A DNA stretch of 64,000 bases from contig JBDHZQ010000001.1 in assembly GCA_039811945.1 (NCBI GenBank), positions 162 to 64,161 of the forward strand. The letters run 5' to 3'. The notes under the pieces were generated by a model, which searched no databases, was not told the DNA's origin, and worked only from the letters and a program-made list of their open reading frames with translations. Below, in pieces: positions 10,317 through 20,665 of this stretch; the stretch's first letter is position 1, and each line of letters starts with the position of its first letter. Both the position numbers and the translations under genes were made by a program. The stretch is from Propionibacteriaceae bacterium (lineage in GTDB: Bacteria > Actinomycetota > Actinomycetes > Propionibacteriales > Propionibacteriaceae).

Positions 10317-11177
10317 ATGACGCGGGCCCCCCTCAGGCGACTGCTCCTGGTCGGCCTGTCTACGGCACTGGCCGCAGGCTGTTCGCCCGCCGGGTCCACC
10401 CGCCAACTCGACCTCCTGGAAGGGCAACTCGGCGCATCGATCGCTGACAAGCACGCACCCGTGGTGGCCGTCGTCGTGGACCAGAGCCGTACCTCGGTCA
10501 GCTACAGCCTCGACGGCCGGATTCAGCCGTACACGCTCTGGCCCACCCCGGCCCAGGGCGACGTGACCGACGCCGCGGTGGTCGCTCTGGCCGTCGACAC
10601 GTTCCCGGTCGCGTCCTTTGCCTCGCTCACCCGCGATTTCGTCACGGGGTGCTCGGCGAGCACGTACAGCGTCGAGGTCAGGGCCGTGTCGGCGGCCGCG
10701 TTCACGACCAGCAGCACGTGCGGCACGCAGCGTGGCCCCGCCCGCCTCAACGACACCGGCCTGGTGGCCCTGGCCGGCGACTGGACCCCGGAAACCCTCG
10801 CCTCTCTCTGGTCGGAACTGGCGGTTCTGGGTACGCCGATCCTCCAGATCACCGCTCTCCCGGACACGGTCGAGGTGGTGCTCGCCGAGGAACCGGCCAC
10901 CAGCCCGAACCACGCGTGTTCGATCACCTGGCATCGCAACCGGGCCGACCCCTGGGTGTCGGCGTCGACCTGTCAGCCGAGCCGACCGTCCCAGCAGCAG
11001 GTGTTGGACCTGGATCGCCTGACTCCGGCGACGGTGGCGGGGGCCTTGCAGAGCGCCATGACAGAGGCAGGCCTGGTCGAGCAACGAGGAGTCACCGTGA
11101 CCCTGGCGAATTGGGGGACGCCCCGGCTCACCGTGAGTCGAGGCACCGCCCAGGCAAGCGTGGACCTGCGGCAGTGA
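10317..11177 (+). CDS. Putative lipoprotein, function unknown
   Basis: 286 aa. Signal plus lipobox MTRAPLRRLLLVGLSTALAAGCSP. Begins 10 nt after the upstream membrane-protein gene. Confidence 0.65.
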   Translation: MTRAPLRRLLLVGLSTALAAGCSPAGSTRQLDLLEGQLGASIADKHAPVVAVVVDQSRTSVSYSLDGRIQPYTLWPTPAQGDVTDAAVVALAVDTFPVASFASLTRDFVTGCSASTYSVEVRAVSAAAFTTSSTCGTQRGPARLNDTGLVALAGDWTPETLASLWSELAVLGTPILQITALPDTVEVVLAEEPATSPNHACSITWHRNRADPWVSASTCQPSRPSQQQVLDLDRLTPATVAGALQSAMTEAGLVEQRGVTVTLANWGTPRLTVSRGTAQASVDLRQ

Positions 11178-11187
11178 GGAGAACGAT

Positions 11188-11748
11188 ATGACCGACGCCT
11201 ACACCGACCCCGCGGGGGTGATCACGGTCCGGCTCGACGGTGGGCTGGTCGACGGAATCTCGATCGGCAATCGGTGGCGCACCGTTTACGATCCGCGAGC
11301 ACTGGGTGAGGCGTTGACCCAGCTGTTGACCTCCGCTCTACCGCCCCAGCACTCGGTGTCGTACGAGGACACCCCAGCGCCGGGAGTGGTCGGCGAGCTG
11401 TCCGAGTCGTCGGCGAGGGCGTTCTGGGAGGAGCTCGCGCAATACCAGCACTTGCTCGCCCGGCGGCGTCAGCGGGCCGCGGCCGGGGTCGAGGCCGTCG
11501 ACACCCCTGCCGTACCTCGCACCGTCTTCGATGCCCGCCGACGAGTCGGCGTCAGCTACGCCGAGGGCCGGTTCGAATCGGTCGCGGTCGATCCCGACTG
11601 GGCCGATCGCGTCTCGGTGAGCGAATTGGGCGACCGGATCTGTGAGGCCCTGACCCAGCATCCCCTGTGGCCGCCGGCCCACGCCGATCCCGAACTCGCC
11701 CAGATCGACCAGCACCGGCGCAACTTCCTGTCGTACCTGCGCAGCTAA
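11188..11748 (+). CDS. YbaB/EbfC-like (EspL-like) tandem-domain protein
   Basis: 186 aa. Two segments fit the YbaB-like pattern by eye: GVITVRLDGGLVDGISIGNRW...LGEALTQLL and RVGVSYAEGRFESVAVDPDWADRVSVSELGDRICEAL. Confidence 0.5.
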   Translation: MTDAYTDPAGVITVRLDGGLVDGISIGNRWRTVYDPRALGEALTQLLTSALPPQHSVSYEDTPAPGVVGELSESSARAFWEELAQYQHLLARRRQRAAAGVEAVDTPAVPRTVFDARRRVGVSYAEGRFESVAVDPDWADRVSVSELGDRICEALTQHPLWPPAHADPELAQIDQHRRNFLSYLRS

Positions 11749-11764
11749 CCCCGAGGAACTCCGA

Positions 11765-13027
11765 ATGGGAATTCAAGAAACCATCGCGCAGGTCAAACAA
11801 GCGTGCGCGGACATGAAACAGACCTTCGCCACGCTGGCCGAAGGGGCCGCCCCGGCGTTCGAACGGCTCAACTCGACGATCGGTCGCGTCACGGCTTGGC
11901 AAGTCACGTCGGGAATGGCCACCGAGATCCGAGAAACGGAGCCCAACTGGGCCGAGATGGTGTTCCTCTACAACTGTCTCTTCGAGGTCGTGGACGTCAA
12001 GGAGATCCCCCATCCGCGCGCCGAGGAGGCCCGCCAAGCTGCAGCCTCGCTCTTCGGCACAGCCGCGACCAACGACGCCCAGTTCAAGCTGCGCACCGAA
12101 GACATCGCCGCGACCCCGGAGAAGCTCGGAGACCTGATGGGCCGGTGGCTCGAGTTCGCCGACACGTTCTCCAAGGACGTGGCCCAGCGGATTCCTTCGA
12201 GTACGGCATATATCCCGACTGCGGGTGGTCTCGACGGGTGGCAAAGCCCCACCGCGAGCGGCGTCTACGAGGCATCCGCGTCGTCACAGAACTCGGCGGC
12301 CGACACCACCTCGGCCGTGATCACCGCATACCTGAACAACTGCGCGAAGTTCCTCAGCCACCTGCAGGGAAGCCTGGCCAGCATGGCGAGCCTCACGGCC
12401 GACCAGGAGAAGTACTACACCGACATCATCACCGGGCTGACCGTGCCGGACAAGATGAGCTTCGACGCGGTCATGGGTGTGATCAACACCGGAGTCACGA
12501 TCGTGCAGGGGCTGAAGGACAACGAACGCAAGACGGCCGAAGCCCTGGGCACGATGCTCAACAGCTCGATCGAAGCGCTGCTCGACATCGCCTCGCTCGA
12601 CCGTCAGATCACCGAGATGGGCGAGCAGACCGGTGACAACGGCTGGCCCGGGCCGGCTCCGATGAAGCTCGGCACTCCCCCGCCTGACAAGCCAAGTCGC
12701 ACGACGCTGACCTACAACACCCAATACTTCAAGGATCACTCGGCGTTCTGGCTCGACGTCAGCCAGAACATTCGTCCCCTGCAGTACCTCAGCGCCGGAC
12801 TGCCCGATCTGCCTGTCATGTTCGTACGGATCCCCACGTTCTCGGCCAACCAGTCGGACGCGCTGAACAACCTCGTGCACCGCATCTCGGCTGACGCGTT
12901 CGGCAAGGGAGCGGACGCCACGGAAGGCTTGTCGCACAAACTCGACGAGACGATCAAGGCCTACCTGGCCGTCGAAGCCCAGAATGCTGCCGAAGCCCAG
13001 CAGATCTACAAGCAGATCTACGGGTGA
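11765..13027 (+). CDS. Hypothetical 420-aa helical protein (possible secretion substrate)
   Basis: Asn/Gln/Lys/Thr/Ser-rich and visibly richer in A/T-ending codons than its neighbours. No TM segment or signal peptide. Contains a WXG-like segment, LDGWQSPTASGVYEA. Confidence 0.6.
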   Translation: MGIQETIAQVKQACADMKQTFATLAEGAAPAFERLNSTIGRVTAWQVTSGMATEIRETEPNWAEMVFLYNCLFEVVDVKEIPHPRAEEARQAAASLFGTAATNDAQFKLRTEDIAATPEKLGDLMGRWLEFADTFSKDVAQRIPSSTAYIPTAGGLDGWQSPTASGVYEASASSQNSAADTTSAVITAYLNNCAKFLSHLQGSLASMASLTADQEKYYTDIITGLTVPDKMSFDAVMGVINTGVTIVQGLKDNERKTAEALGTMLNSSIEALLDIASLDRQITEMGEQTGDNGWPGPAPMKLGTPPPDKPSRTTLTYNTQYFKDHSAFWLDVSQNIRPLQYLSAGLPDLPVMFVRIPTFSANQSDALNNLVHRISADAFGKGADATEGLSHKLDETIKAYLAVEAQNAAEAQQIYKQIYG

Positions 13028-13051
13028 GATCCGCCAGAGTTCCTCGGTTCT

Positions 13052-14467
13052 CTAGAGCGCGCGCAGGATGTCCTCGACGCGTTGTTTGGCGTCGCCGAAC
13101 AGCATTTGCGTGTTTTCCTTGTAGAACAAGGGATTTTGAACGCCTGCGTAGCCGGTGTTCATCGACCGCTTGAACACGATGACGTCGCGCGCATGCCACA
13201 CCTCGAGCACCGGCATCCCGGCGATGGGGCTGTGCGGGTCGTCGAGCGCGGCCGGGTTGACCGTGTCGTTGGCGCCGATCACCAACACGACGTCGGTGTC
13301 GTCGAAGTCGGGGTTGATCTCGTCCATCTCGAGCACGATGTCGTACGGCACCTTCGCCTCGGCCAGCAGCACGTTCATGTGTCCGGGCAGGCGCCCAGCG
13401 ACCGGATGGATACCGAAGCGCACGTTGACGCCCTGGGCCCGAAGCTTCGACGTCAGTTCGGCGACCGGGTACTGCGCTTGGGCCACGGCCATGCCGTACC
13501 CGGGCGTGATCACGACCGACGACGCGTGCTTGAGCAACTCCGCCACGGCCGGCGCCGTGATCTCCCGGTGCTCTCCGTAGTCGCGGACCTCGCCGGTCAC
13601 GGTGCCGTCGGATCCGAATCCGCCTGCGATCACCGAGATGAAGGACCGGTTCATGGCCTTGCACATGATGTACGACAGGTAGGCACCCGAGGAGCCCACG
13701 AGCGCCCCGGTGATGATGAGCAGGTCGTTCGACAGCATGAAGCCGGCAGCCGCGGCGGCCCAGCCAGAGTAGGAATTGAGCATTGACACGACGACCGGCA
13801 TATCCCCGCCGCCGATCGCGGCGACGAGGTGCAGCCCGAGCAGCAGGGCGATCACGGTCATGACGACGAGCAGCCAGATCGACGGAGCCACCACGAACCA
13901 TGCGGTCAGGGCGACCACCACGACCACCGCAGCCAGGTTGATCAGGTTGTGGCGCGGCAACGCGAGCGGGGCCGAGCTCATCTTCGCGCTCAGCTTGAGG
14001 TAGGCGATGACCGACCCGGTGAACGTGACCGCGCCGATGAATGCGCCGACGAACACCTCGCCGAGGTGGATCTTGTCGGTGTGATCGCCGGTCAAGTAGG
14101 AGTTGTAGCCGACCAGTACCGCGGCCAGACCCACGAAGCTGTGCAGCATCGCGATCAGTTCGGGCATGCCGGTCATCTCGACGCGGCGTGCCAGCGTCAC
14201 CCCGATCACTGCTCCGACGGCCATCGCCGCCGCGATCAGGGCGAGGCCGAGCCAACCCGACCCTGGAGCATCGGTCGCCTGCGTCCAATGCACGCCGGCC
14301 ACGGCCGCCAGGACCGTAATGACGAGCGCGAACCCCATGCCGACGATGCCGTACCTGTTGCCGTTCTTCGCGGTCTCGTGTTTCGACAAGCCGGCCAGCG
14401 CGAGGATGAACGCGATGCCGGCGAGAATGTAGGCCCCCTGCATGAGGGACGCAGGAACCATCGGCAT
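13052..14467 (-). CDS. pntB: NAD(P) transhydrogenase subunit beta
   Basis: 471 aa. N-terminal multi-TM domain plus a C-terminal NADP(H)-binding domain ([10 protein letters not shown]...[12 protein letters not shown]). Confidence 0.95.
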   Translation of the reverse strand: MPMVPASLMQGAYILAGIAFILALAGLSKHETAKNGNRYGIVGMGFALVITVLAAVAGVHWTQATDAPGSGWLGLALIAAAMAVGAVIGVTLARRVEMTGMPELIAMLHSFVGLAAVLVGYNSYLTGDHTDKIHLGEVFVGAFIGAVTFTGSVIAYLKLSAKMSSAPLALPRHNLINLAAVVVVVALTAWFVVAPSIWLLVVMTVIALLLGLHLVAAIGGGDMPVVVSMLNSYSGWAAAAAGFMLSNDLLIITGALVGSSGAYLSYIMCKAMNRSFISVIAGGFGSDGTVTGEVRDYGEHREITAPAVAELLKHASSVVITPGYGMAVAQAQYPVAELTSKLRAQGVNVRFGIHPVAGRLPGHMNVLLAEAKVPYDIVLEMDEINPDFDDTDVVLVIGANDTVNPAALDDPHSPIAGMPVLEVWHARDVIVFKRSMNTGYAGVQNPLFYKENTQMLFGDAKQRVEDILRAL

Positions 14468-14468
14468 G

Positions 14469-16007
14469 TCAGCCCCTCCTGAACATGCCGAGCATGCGTT
14501 GAGTGACGGTGAATCCGCCGAATATGTTGATGCTGGCGAGGAGGATGCCGACCAGCGCGAGCACCGTCACGATCAGGCCTGAGCTCGCATGGCCGACCTG
14601 CAGGAGCGCCCCGACGATGATGATCCCCGAGATGGCGTTGGTCACGCTCATGAGCGGGGTGTGCAAAGCGTGGTGCACGTTGCCAATCACGTAGTAGCCG
14701 ATCACGACGCTCAACATGAACACCATGAAGTGGCCGAGGAACGACTCCGGCGACGCCCACAACAGGGCGAGCAGAGCAACCGCGGAGATCCCCAGCAGGG
14801 CCAGAGAACGGAACGGGCTCGGCGCCGGCTTCTCCAGCTCGGTCGACGTCACCGGCTCGGGTTTCGCCACCACCTGCGACGACACCTGAACCGGCGGCGG
14901 TGGCCACGTCACCTCCCGCCCACGCGCGACCGTCATGCCCCGGACGATCACGTCGTCCATGTCGAGCACGAGCTGCCCGTCCTTGGTCGGGGTGAGCAGC
15001 TTCATGAGGTTGACGATGTTGGTGCCGTAGAGCTGCGACGACTGGGTCGGCAGTCGGCCCGCCAGGTCGGTGTAGCCGATGATCTTGACACCGTTGGGGG
15101 TGATCGTGAGCTGGTCGGCCACGCTGCCCTCCACGTTGCCCCCGTTGGCCGCCGCCATGTCGACGATGACCGACCCAGGCTTCATCGTCGCGACCATCTC
15201 CTTAGTGATCAGCCGTGGCGCAGGCTTTCCGGGGATCAAAGCGGTGGTGATGATGATGTCGACGTCGGTGCACTGCTGCGCGTACAGCTTCGCCGCAGCC
15301 TCGTTGTACGCCTCCGAGGTCTGTTTCGCATACCCGTCGGTCGACACCTCTTGCTGCTCGACCTCGACGGCGAGGAACTCTGCCCCCATCGAGGAGACCT
15401 GTTCGGCCACCTCGGGGCGGGCGTCCGTAGCCCGTACGATCGCGCCGAGCGAGCGAGCCGTACCGATGGCAGCCAATCCGGCGACCCCAGCGCCGACCAC
15501 CAGGACCTTCGCCGGCGGAACCTTGCCCGCCGCCGTGACCTGACCGGTGAAGAACGAGCCGAACTCGTGCGCCGCCTCGACCACGGCCCGGTAGCCGGCG
15601 ATGTTCGCCATCGACGAGAGGACGTCGAGTGCCTGAGCGCGCGAGATGCGCGGCACCGCGTCCATCGCCAGCACGGTCAGATCGCGGGCGGCGAGCGACT
15701 TCAGCAGGTCTGGCTGGAGTGCAGGCGAAATCAAGGAAATCAACGTCGCGCCGTCGGTGAGCTGGTCGATCTCCGCCGAGGTCGGTGGGTCGACCTTGCA
15801 GACGACCTCGTTGTCCCAGACGTCCTTGTAGTCGACGATGCGGGCGCCGGCGTCGGCGTACGCGTGGTCGGGATAGCTCGCCATCAGGCCGGCTCCGGAC
15901 TCGACCTCGACGTCGTACCCCAACTGCACCAACTGGGCCACAGTCTTGGGTGTGGCGGCGACTCGAGTCTCACCTGGCAACGATTCAACCGGGATCCCGA
16001 TCCGCAT
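14469..16007 (-). CDS. pntA: NAD(P) transhydrogenase subunit alpha (fused alpha1+alpha2)
   Basis: [20 protein letters not shown], with AGGAGG 4-5 nt upstream of the ATG at 16007. Rossmann motif [14 protein letters not shown]-terminal 4-TM segment. The track start at 16034 is probably too long. Confidence 0.93.
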   Translation of the reverse strand: MRIGIPVESLPGETRVAATPKTVAQLVQLGYDVEVESGAGLMASYPDHAYADAGARIVDYKDVWDNEVVCKVDPPTSAEIDQLTDGATLISLISPALQPDLLKSLAARDLTVLAMDAVPRISRAQALDVLSSMANIAGYRAVVEAAHEFGSFFTGQVTAAGKVPPAKVLVVGAGVAGLAAIGTARSLGAIVRATDARPEVAEQVSSMGAEFLAVEVEQQEVSTDGYAKQTSEAYNEAAAKLYAQQCTDVDIIITTALIPGKPAPRLITKEMVATMKPGSVIVDMAAANGGNVEGSVADQLTITPNGVKIIGYTDLAGRLPTQSSQLYGTNIVNLMKLLTPTKDGQLVLDMDDVIVRGMTVARGREVTWPPPPVQVSSQVVAKPEPVTSTELEKPAPSPFRSLALLGISAVALLALLWASPESFLGHFMVFMLSVVIGYYVIGNVHHALHTPLMSVTNAISGIIIVGALLQVGHASSGLIVTVLALVGILLASINIFGGFTVTQRMLGMFRRG

Positions 16008-16107
16008 CCGTCCTCCTGTCCGGGCCTCCGCCACACCTTAGTGGCGGGTCCGGCGGGCCCGGGAATCGGGGTGGTGCCTCCTCACGCTGACGTCGTCGCT
16101 TGGACGA

Positions 16108-17472
16108 TCAGCGCGGCGAGGAACCGGAACGGGCGGCCGAGTACCGTCGCAACGCCTCGTCGCGCTCCTCGGCCAGGTCGATGATCGGCTCAGGGTATTC
16201 GTCCACGCCAGTCGCGCCGGGCCGATGGACTGCGGGGGCGGTGACCTGCCGCAACTCGGGAATCCAACGCCGGATGTAGTCGCCGTTCGGGTCGAAGCGT
16301 TCGCTCTGCAGGACAGGGTTGAAGATCCTGAAGTACGGCGCGGCATCGGTGCCGGTGCCGGCCACCCACTGCCATCCGTGGTTGTTCGACGCCAAGTCTG
16401 CGTCGATGAGGTGACGCAGGAAGTGGCGAGCACCGACCTGCCAACGCACGTGCAGGTGCTTGGTGAGGAAGCTGGCGGTGATCATTCGGAGCCGGTTGTG
16501 CATCCAGCCGCTCCCGAGCAATTGCCGCATGCCGGCGTCGACGAACGGGAAGCCGGTACGGCCCTCCTTCCAGGCGGTGACGGCCTGCGACTCCGAGTCG
16601 TCGTACTCGAGGCAGACGAGGTTCGGTCGGAGGTCTTCCCACAGACTGTCGGGCCGGTGACCGACAACGTCGGCGTAGAACTCTCGCCACGCCAACTCGG
16701 TCACGAACCGCTCGCACCCGCTGCCAGTACGCACGACCAGGTCGGCCAGAAGAGTACGGGGGTGCACCACCCCGAGTTTGAGGTACGGCGACAACCTCGA
16801 TGTCGACTCGGCAGCCGGAAGGTCGCGCCCGGAGGCGTACGCCTCGAGACCGTCGTCGAGGAACTCCGACCACCGCCGGAAGAAGCCGGCTTCTCCAGGC
16901 TCGGGGAGGTCGGGCCCTGGCGACGTGGCCTCGGCCCTGACCAGGTCCCAGACCTCCTCGTCACTCCGGTCGGGCGCGAGGGAGAGCCGTTTCGGATCGG
17001 CGGCTGGAGCCCGCCACCCGTGCGCCCGCCAGGCACGTGAGAAGGGGGTGAAGACGTGGAATGGCTGGCCTTCGCGCGTCACGACCCTGCCTGGCGTTAC
17101 GGCGTACGGACTGCCGGTCCGGACCAGTTGCACGCCGAAGTCGGCCAACGCACTCGACACGTCGCGATCGCGCCGCGCTCCGGCGGGTTCCGTCTCCTCG
17201 GAGACGTGCACCCGGGTCGCCCCCAACTCACGTGCGACTTGCGGCACGACGGTTCGCGGGTCGCCCCGCCGCAGCGTCAGCCGACCGCCGTACGTGTCAC
17301 GGAGGCTGATGAGGTTCGCCGCCAGCCAGCGACGCGGCCCTGGCCCCGCCGGGTCCCAGAACTGCGGGTCGACGACGAAGAGGACTGCGACGTCACCGTT
17401 CTCGGTCGCGGCGCCGAGGGCAGGAAGATCGGCCCTGCGCAGGTCTCGCCTCAACCACAGCAGGTCGGTCAT
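16108..17472 (-). CDS. phr: Deoxyribodipyrimidine photolyase / cryptochrome family protein
   Basis: MTDLLWLRRDLRRADLPAL at the N-terminus. C-terminal FAD-binding motifs (TGFPFVDAGMRQL, WMHNRLRMITASFL, NNHGWQWVAGTGTDAAPYFRIFNP). Confidence 0.93.
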   Translation of the reverse strand: MTDLLWLRRDLRRADLPALGAATENGDVAVLFVVDPQFWDPAGPGPRRWLAANLISLRDTYGGRLTLRRGDPRTVVPQVARELGATRVHVSEETEPAGARRDRDVSSALADFGVQLVRTGSPYAVTPGRVVTREGQPFHVFTPFSRAWRAHGWRAPAADPKRLSLAPDRSDEEVWDLVRAEATSPGPDLPEPGEAGFFRRWSEFLDDGLEAYASGRDLPAAESTSRLSPYLKLGVVHPRTLLADLVVRTGSGCERFVTELAWREFYADVVGHRPDSLWEDLRPNLVCLEYDDSESQAVTAWKEGRTGFPFVDAGMRQLLGSGWMHNRLRMITASFLTKHLHVRWQVGARHFLRHLIDADLASNNHGWQWVAGTGTDAAPYFRIFNPVLQSERFDPNGDYIRRWIPELRQVTAPAVHRPGATGVDEYPEPIIDLAEERDEALRRYSAARSGSSPR

Positions 17473-17579
17473 GGATGACTCCGACGGTCGGGACAACTGG
17501 GGAACCCGGGTCGCCAGGAGACCCGGAGCGACGAGCGCGGCAGAGGTAACGTGGGGGCGCGGCCGGCCGAGGAGGGTAC

Positions 17580-18782
17580 ATGGGCCAGCGGAAAGCTGAA
17601 CGCCCCGACGAGCCGGGTGGACCCCGCTTGGACCGGGTCGGTCACGTCGTCCGGATCCGATCCTTGGCTGCCGCCCAGCAGGTGCTGCGTGAGCGCCGCC
17701 GCACGCGGCAGGCTGGTTTCACCGCCGAGTACGTCCCTCAGGGTGTCCTGCGTCACCACCCCATTCTCTTCTCCGACGGTCCACTCCATGACGAACAGCG
17801 GCGCAAGGTGGCCCGGTTCTTCGCGCCGACGGTCGTCGCCGACCGGCACACCGGTGTGATGCAGGAAGTCGCGGAACGGCTGCTCTGTCATGCCGGTCGG
17901 GCCGGAGGGTGTGATCTGGCGGAACTGGCGCTGCTGTATTCGGTCTCGGTGAGCGCGGAGGTGATCGGCCTCACAGCCTCGCCGGTGGCCGCCATGGCCC
18001 GACGTCTCGTCACGTTCTTCAACCAGCCGCCGTTCGACATCACCAAGCCTGACCTGGGCCGGACCCGTGGGCAATGGGCCATGGCGGCGGTGCGTGGTCT
18101 GCTGCCCGTCGCCCGCTTCTACCTGCGCGATGTCCGCCCTGCGATCCGAGATCACCGACAACGACCGCGGGACGACGTCATCAGTCACCTCATCACCGAG
18201 GAGTACACCAACGCCGACATCGCGATCGAGTGTGTGACGTTCGGCACGGCCGGAATGGTGACCACGCGCGAGTACATCTGCATGGCCGCCTGGCATCTGC
18301 TGGACGACGCGCGGTTGCGCACGACCTACCTGACGGCGGAGCAACCGGGCAGGCTTGCGATCCTCCGAGAGGTGATTCGGCTCGAGCCAGTGGTCGGACA
18401 TCTCTACCGTCGGGTCACCGAACCGTTCGGCGTCCACGACGGGGAGGAGACCCTCGCGCTCGAGCCGGGTGATCTGGTCGACATCTGCGTTCGGGACACC
18501 AACGCCGACCCGGTGGCCGTGGGTGAGGACCCCCTTGGTCTGCGCCCGGGGCGAGTCCTGGAGGCCGGGATCGACGGGGCGGGGCTCGCCTTCGGCGACG
18601 GTGCGCACAAGTGCCCCGGACAGCCCCTCGCCCTGCTGGAGGCGGATGCGCTTCTCGTCCGGCTTCTCGCGCTCGACCCCGTCGTTACGGCTGAGCCCAC
18701 CGTGGGCTGGGACGATCTCGTTGCGGGCTACACCCTGCGCGGCTTCACCGTGCGGTTCCCATCCGGCGAGGGTGTTGTCTAG
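17580..18782 (+). CDS. Cytochrome P450
   Basis: 400 aa. Heme-thiolate loop FGDGAHKCPGQPLA and EVIRLEP (ExxR). GGAGGG RBS. Confidence 0.9.
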   Translation: MGQRKAERPDEPGGPRLDRVGHVVRIRSLAAAQQVLRERRRTRQAGFTAEYVPQGVLRHHPILFSDGPLHDEQRRKVARFFAPTVVADRHTGVMQEVAERLLCHAGRAGGCDLAELALLYSVSVSAEVIGLTASPVAAMARRLVTFFNQPPFDITKPDLGRTRGQWAMAAVRGLLPVARFYLRDVRPAIRDHRQRPRDDVISHLITEEYTNADIAIECVTFGTAGMVTTREYICMAAWHLLDDARLRTTYLTAEQPGRLAILREVIRLEPVVGHLYRRVTEPFGVHDGEETLALEPGDLVDICVRDTNADPVAVGEDPLGLRPGRVLEAGIDGAGLAFGDGAHKCPGQPLALLEADALLVRLLALDPVVTAEPTVGWDDLVAGYTLRGFTVRFPSGEGVV

Positions 18783-18832
18783 GCTTTGTGGAATGTTTAG
18801 TGTGGAGTCAACCCGAACTCGGAAGGACCATC

Positions 18833-19300
18833 ATGGCACCTCAGACCGACCGCGACCGGCTGCACGACCTCGTCGAGAAGCAGCGGTTCGTCATGCTCAC
18901 GACAGCAGACGAGGAGGGAACTCTCGTCAGCCGCCCCATGACCGTGCAGGAGGTGGACGGCTGGGTGCTTCGCTTCATCACCCAAGGCGATACCCGGGTC
19001 ACCCGCGAGGCAGAGGGCCGACACGTCAACCTTGCGTCGAACAACGGCGGAACCTATCTGTCCCTCTCCGGAACCGGAAGCGTGACGCGTGATCTGGCGC
19101 TCAAGAAGGAACTGTGGAATCGCCTCAACGAGGCATACGCCGGCGATGCCGAGGATCCGAACAACGTCGTCCTCGAGGTGCAGGTGGACTCGGGCGAGTA
19201 CTGGGAGTCGGGCAACCCCGTGGTCGAAGTGATCGGGCTCGCCAAGACTCTGATCACCGGGACTCCACAGAACAGCGAGCACGGCAGCGCTTCGGTCTGA
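18833..19300 (+). CDS. Pyridoxamine 5'-phosphate oxidase-like / general stress protein 26 family protein
   Basis: MAPQTDRDRLHDLVEKQRFVMLTTADEEGTLVSRPM. The internal ATG at 18833 follows GGAAGGA. Confidence 0.75.
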   Translation: MAPQTDRDRLHDLVEKQRFVMLTTADEEGTLVSRPMTVQEVDGWVLRFITQGDTRVTREAEGRHVNLASNNGGTYLSLSGTGSVTRDLALKKELWNRLNEAYAGDAEDPNNVVLEVQVDSGEYWESGNPVVEVIGLAKTLITGTPQNSEHGSASV

Positions 19301-19306
19301 CCCTCC

Positions 19307-19636
19307 ATGGATCGGTTCGAGTACCTGCTCCTCATGGCCGCATGTCTCCTGGTGACGATGCCGCTGGAGTTCGTGCTGCGGGCGCGTGTCTACCGCCGAC
19401 CCCTCCGCCTCCTGATCGCGCTTCTGCCGACAGTCGCCGTGTTCGTCGTATGGGACGTCGTCGGGATCCTGCGTGGCCACTGGTCGTACAACCCACGCTT
19501 CACCACAGGAGTCACCATCGGCGTCATGCCGATCGAGGAACTGGTGTTCTTCCTGGTCATTCCGATCTGCGGCCTGCTGACGTACGAAGCGGTCGGCCAC
19601 GTCCTGGCTCGCGCGCGGAAGGCCAACGATGCCTGA
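19307..19636 (+). CDS. crtYc: Lycopene cyclase domain protein (heterodimeric type, subunit 1)
   Basis: 109 aa with 3 TM helices (MDRFEYLLLMAACLLVT...PIEELVFFLVIP). Overlaps the second subunit gene by 8 nt. Confidence 0.8.
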   Translation: MDRFEYLLLMAACLLVTMPLEFVLRARVYRRPLRLLIALLPTVAVFVVWDVVGILRGHWSYNPRFTTGVTIGVMPIEELVFFLVIPICGLLTYEAVGHVLARARKANDA

Positions 19637-19958
19637 GTACACGCTGCTCACCGTCCTGGCCGTCATCGCTGTCGTGGTCGCCGAAGTGGCCTTGTTCCGT
19701 ACCGGCATCTTCCGAACTCCGCAGTACTGGCTCGCCATGGCGATCGTCTTCTTCTTCCAGGTGATCGTCGACGGTTGGCTCACGAAGTTGTCCGACCCCA
19801 TCGTGATCTACCACCCAGCTCACCACAGTGGGGTCCGGCTGCCGTGGGACATCCCGGTCGAGGACTTCGGCTTCGGCTGGGCCATGGTGACCCTCACCAT
19901 CCTGGCGTGGCTCCGCCTCGCAGGCCGCCTCCCCGACCACACATCCGAGCAGTCGTGA
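19629..19958 (+). CDS. crtYd: Lycopene cyclase domain protein (heterodimeric type, subunit 2)
   Basis: 109 aa with 3 TM helices (...PVEDFGFGWAMVTLTILAW). Confidence 0.8.
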   Translation: MPEYTLLTVLAVIAVVVAEVALFRTGIFRTPQYWLAMAIVFFFQVIVDGWLTKLSDPIVIYHPAHHSGVRLPWDIPVEDFGFGWAMVTLTILAWLRLAGRLPDHTSEQS

Positions 19959-20665
19959 GTACGACGGAAGCCTTCGACCGCGGGGCACCGCGGTACGACA
20001 CCATGGTCGGGCTGAACCCGGGGTACCACCGAGAGCTGCGGCGGGCCGCTCGCACTCTGATCGACCGCGTGGGCGTCAGGCACGGGCTTCGGCTGCTCGA
20101 CCTGGCCTGCGGATCCGGCGCCTCGACCCGTGCCTTGGTCTCCGCGGCACCGTCGGGGGCACAGATCCTCGGAATCGACGCCTCCTCGGGGATGCTGCGC
20201 GAGGCGGAACGAAAGAACTGGCCGCCGGGCGTCCGGTTCGAGCAGGCCGTCTGCGGCGAGCTCACCGACGGCGACATCGACGGCGACCGCGACGGAATCC
20301 TCGCCTGTTACCTCTTCCGCAACGTTCCGCCCGAGACGAGGGACCGGGCCTTGGCCGAGTCGCTCTGCCTTCTGAAGCCGGGCGGCTGGCTGGTCGTCCA
20401 GGAGTACTCGGTCGCCGGAGACCCGCGTGCCCGGCGGGTCTGGGACATCGTGTGCCGAGGCATCATTGTGCCGCTCGGGGTGGTCGTGGACCGCAACCAT
20501 GACCTGTACCGGTACCTCTGGGCGAGCGTCTACCGGTTCGACTCGGTGAGCGAGTTCTGTGACCGCCTGCGGGAGGCCGGCTTCACCGACGTCGCCCACC
20601 GCACGGCGTCCGGGTGGCAGCGCGGAATCCTGCACACGTTCGTCGGCCGGAAGGGCCAGCTATGA
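19955..20665 (+). CDS. Class I SAM-dependent methyltransferase (carotenoid-cluster associated)
   Basis: The GTG at 19955 overlaps the crtYd stop (GTGA). SAM motif LLDLACGSGASTRAL. The track ORF 19775..20665 is over-extended into crtYd. Confidence 0.8.
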   Translation: MSTTEAFDRGAPRYDTMVGLNPGYHRELRRAARTLIDRVGVRHGLRLLDLACGSGASTRALVSAAPSGAQILGIDASSGMLREAERKNWPPGVRFEQAVCGELTDGDIDGDRDGILACYLFRNVPPETRDRALAESLCLLKPGGWLVVQEYSVAGDPRARRVWDIVCRGIIVPLGVVVDRNHDLYRYLWASVYRFDSVSEFCDRLREAGFTDVAHRTASGWQRGILHTFVGRKGQL

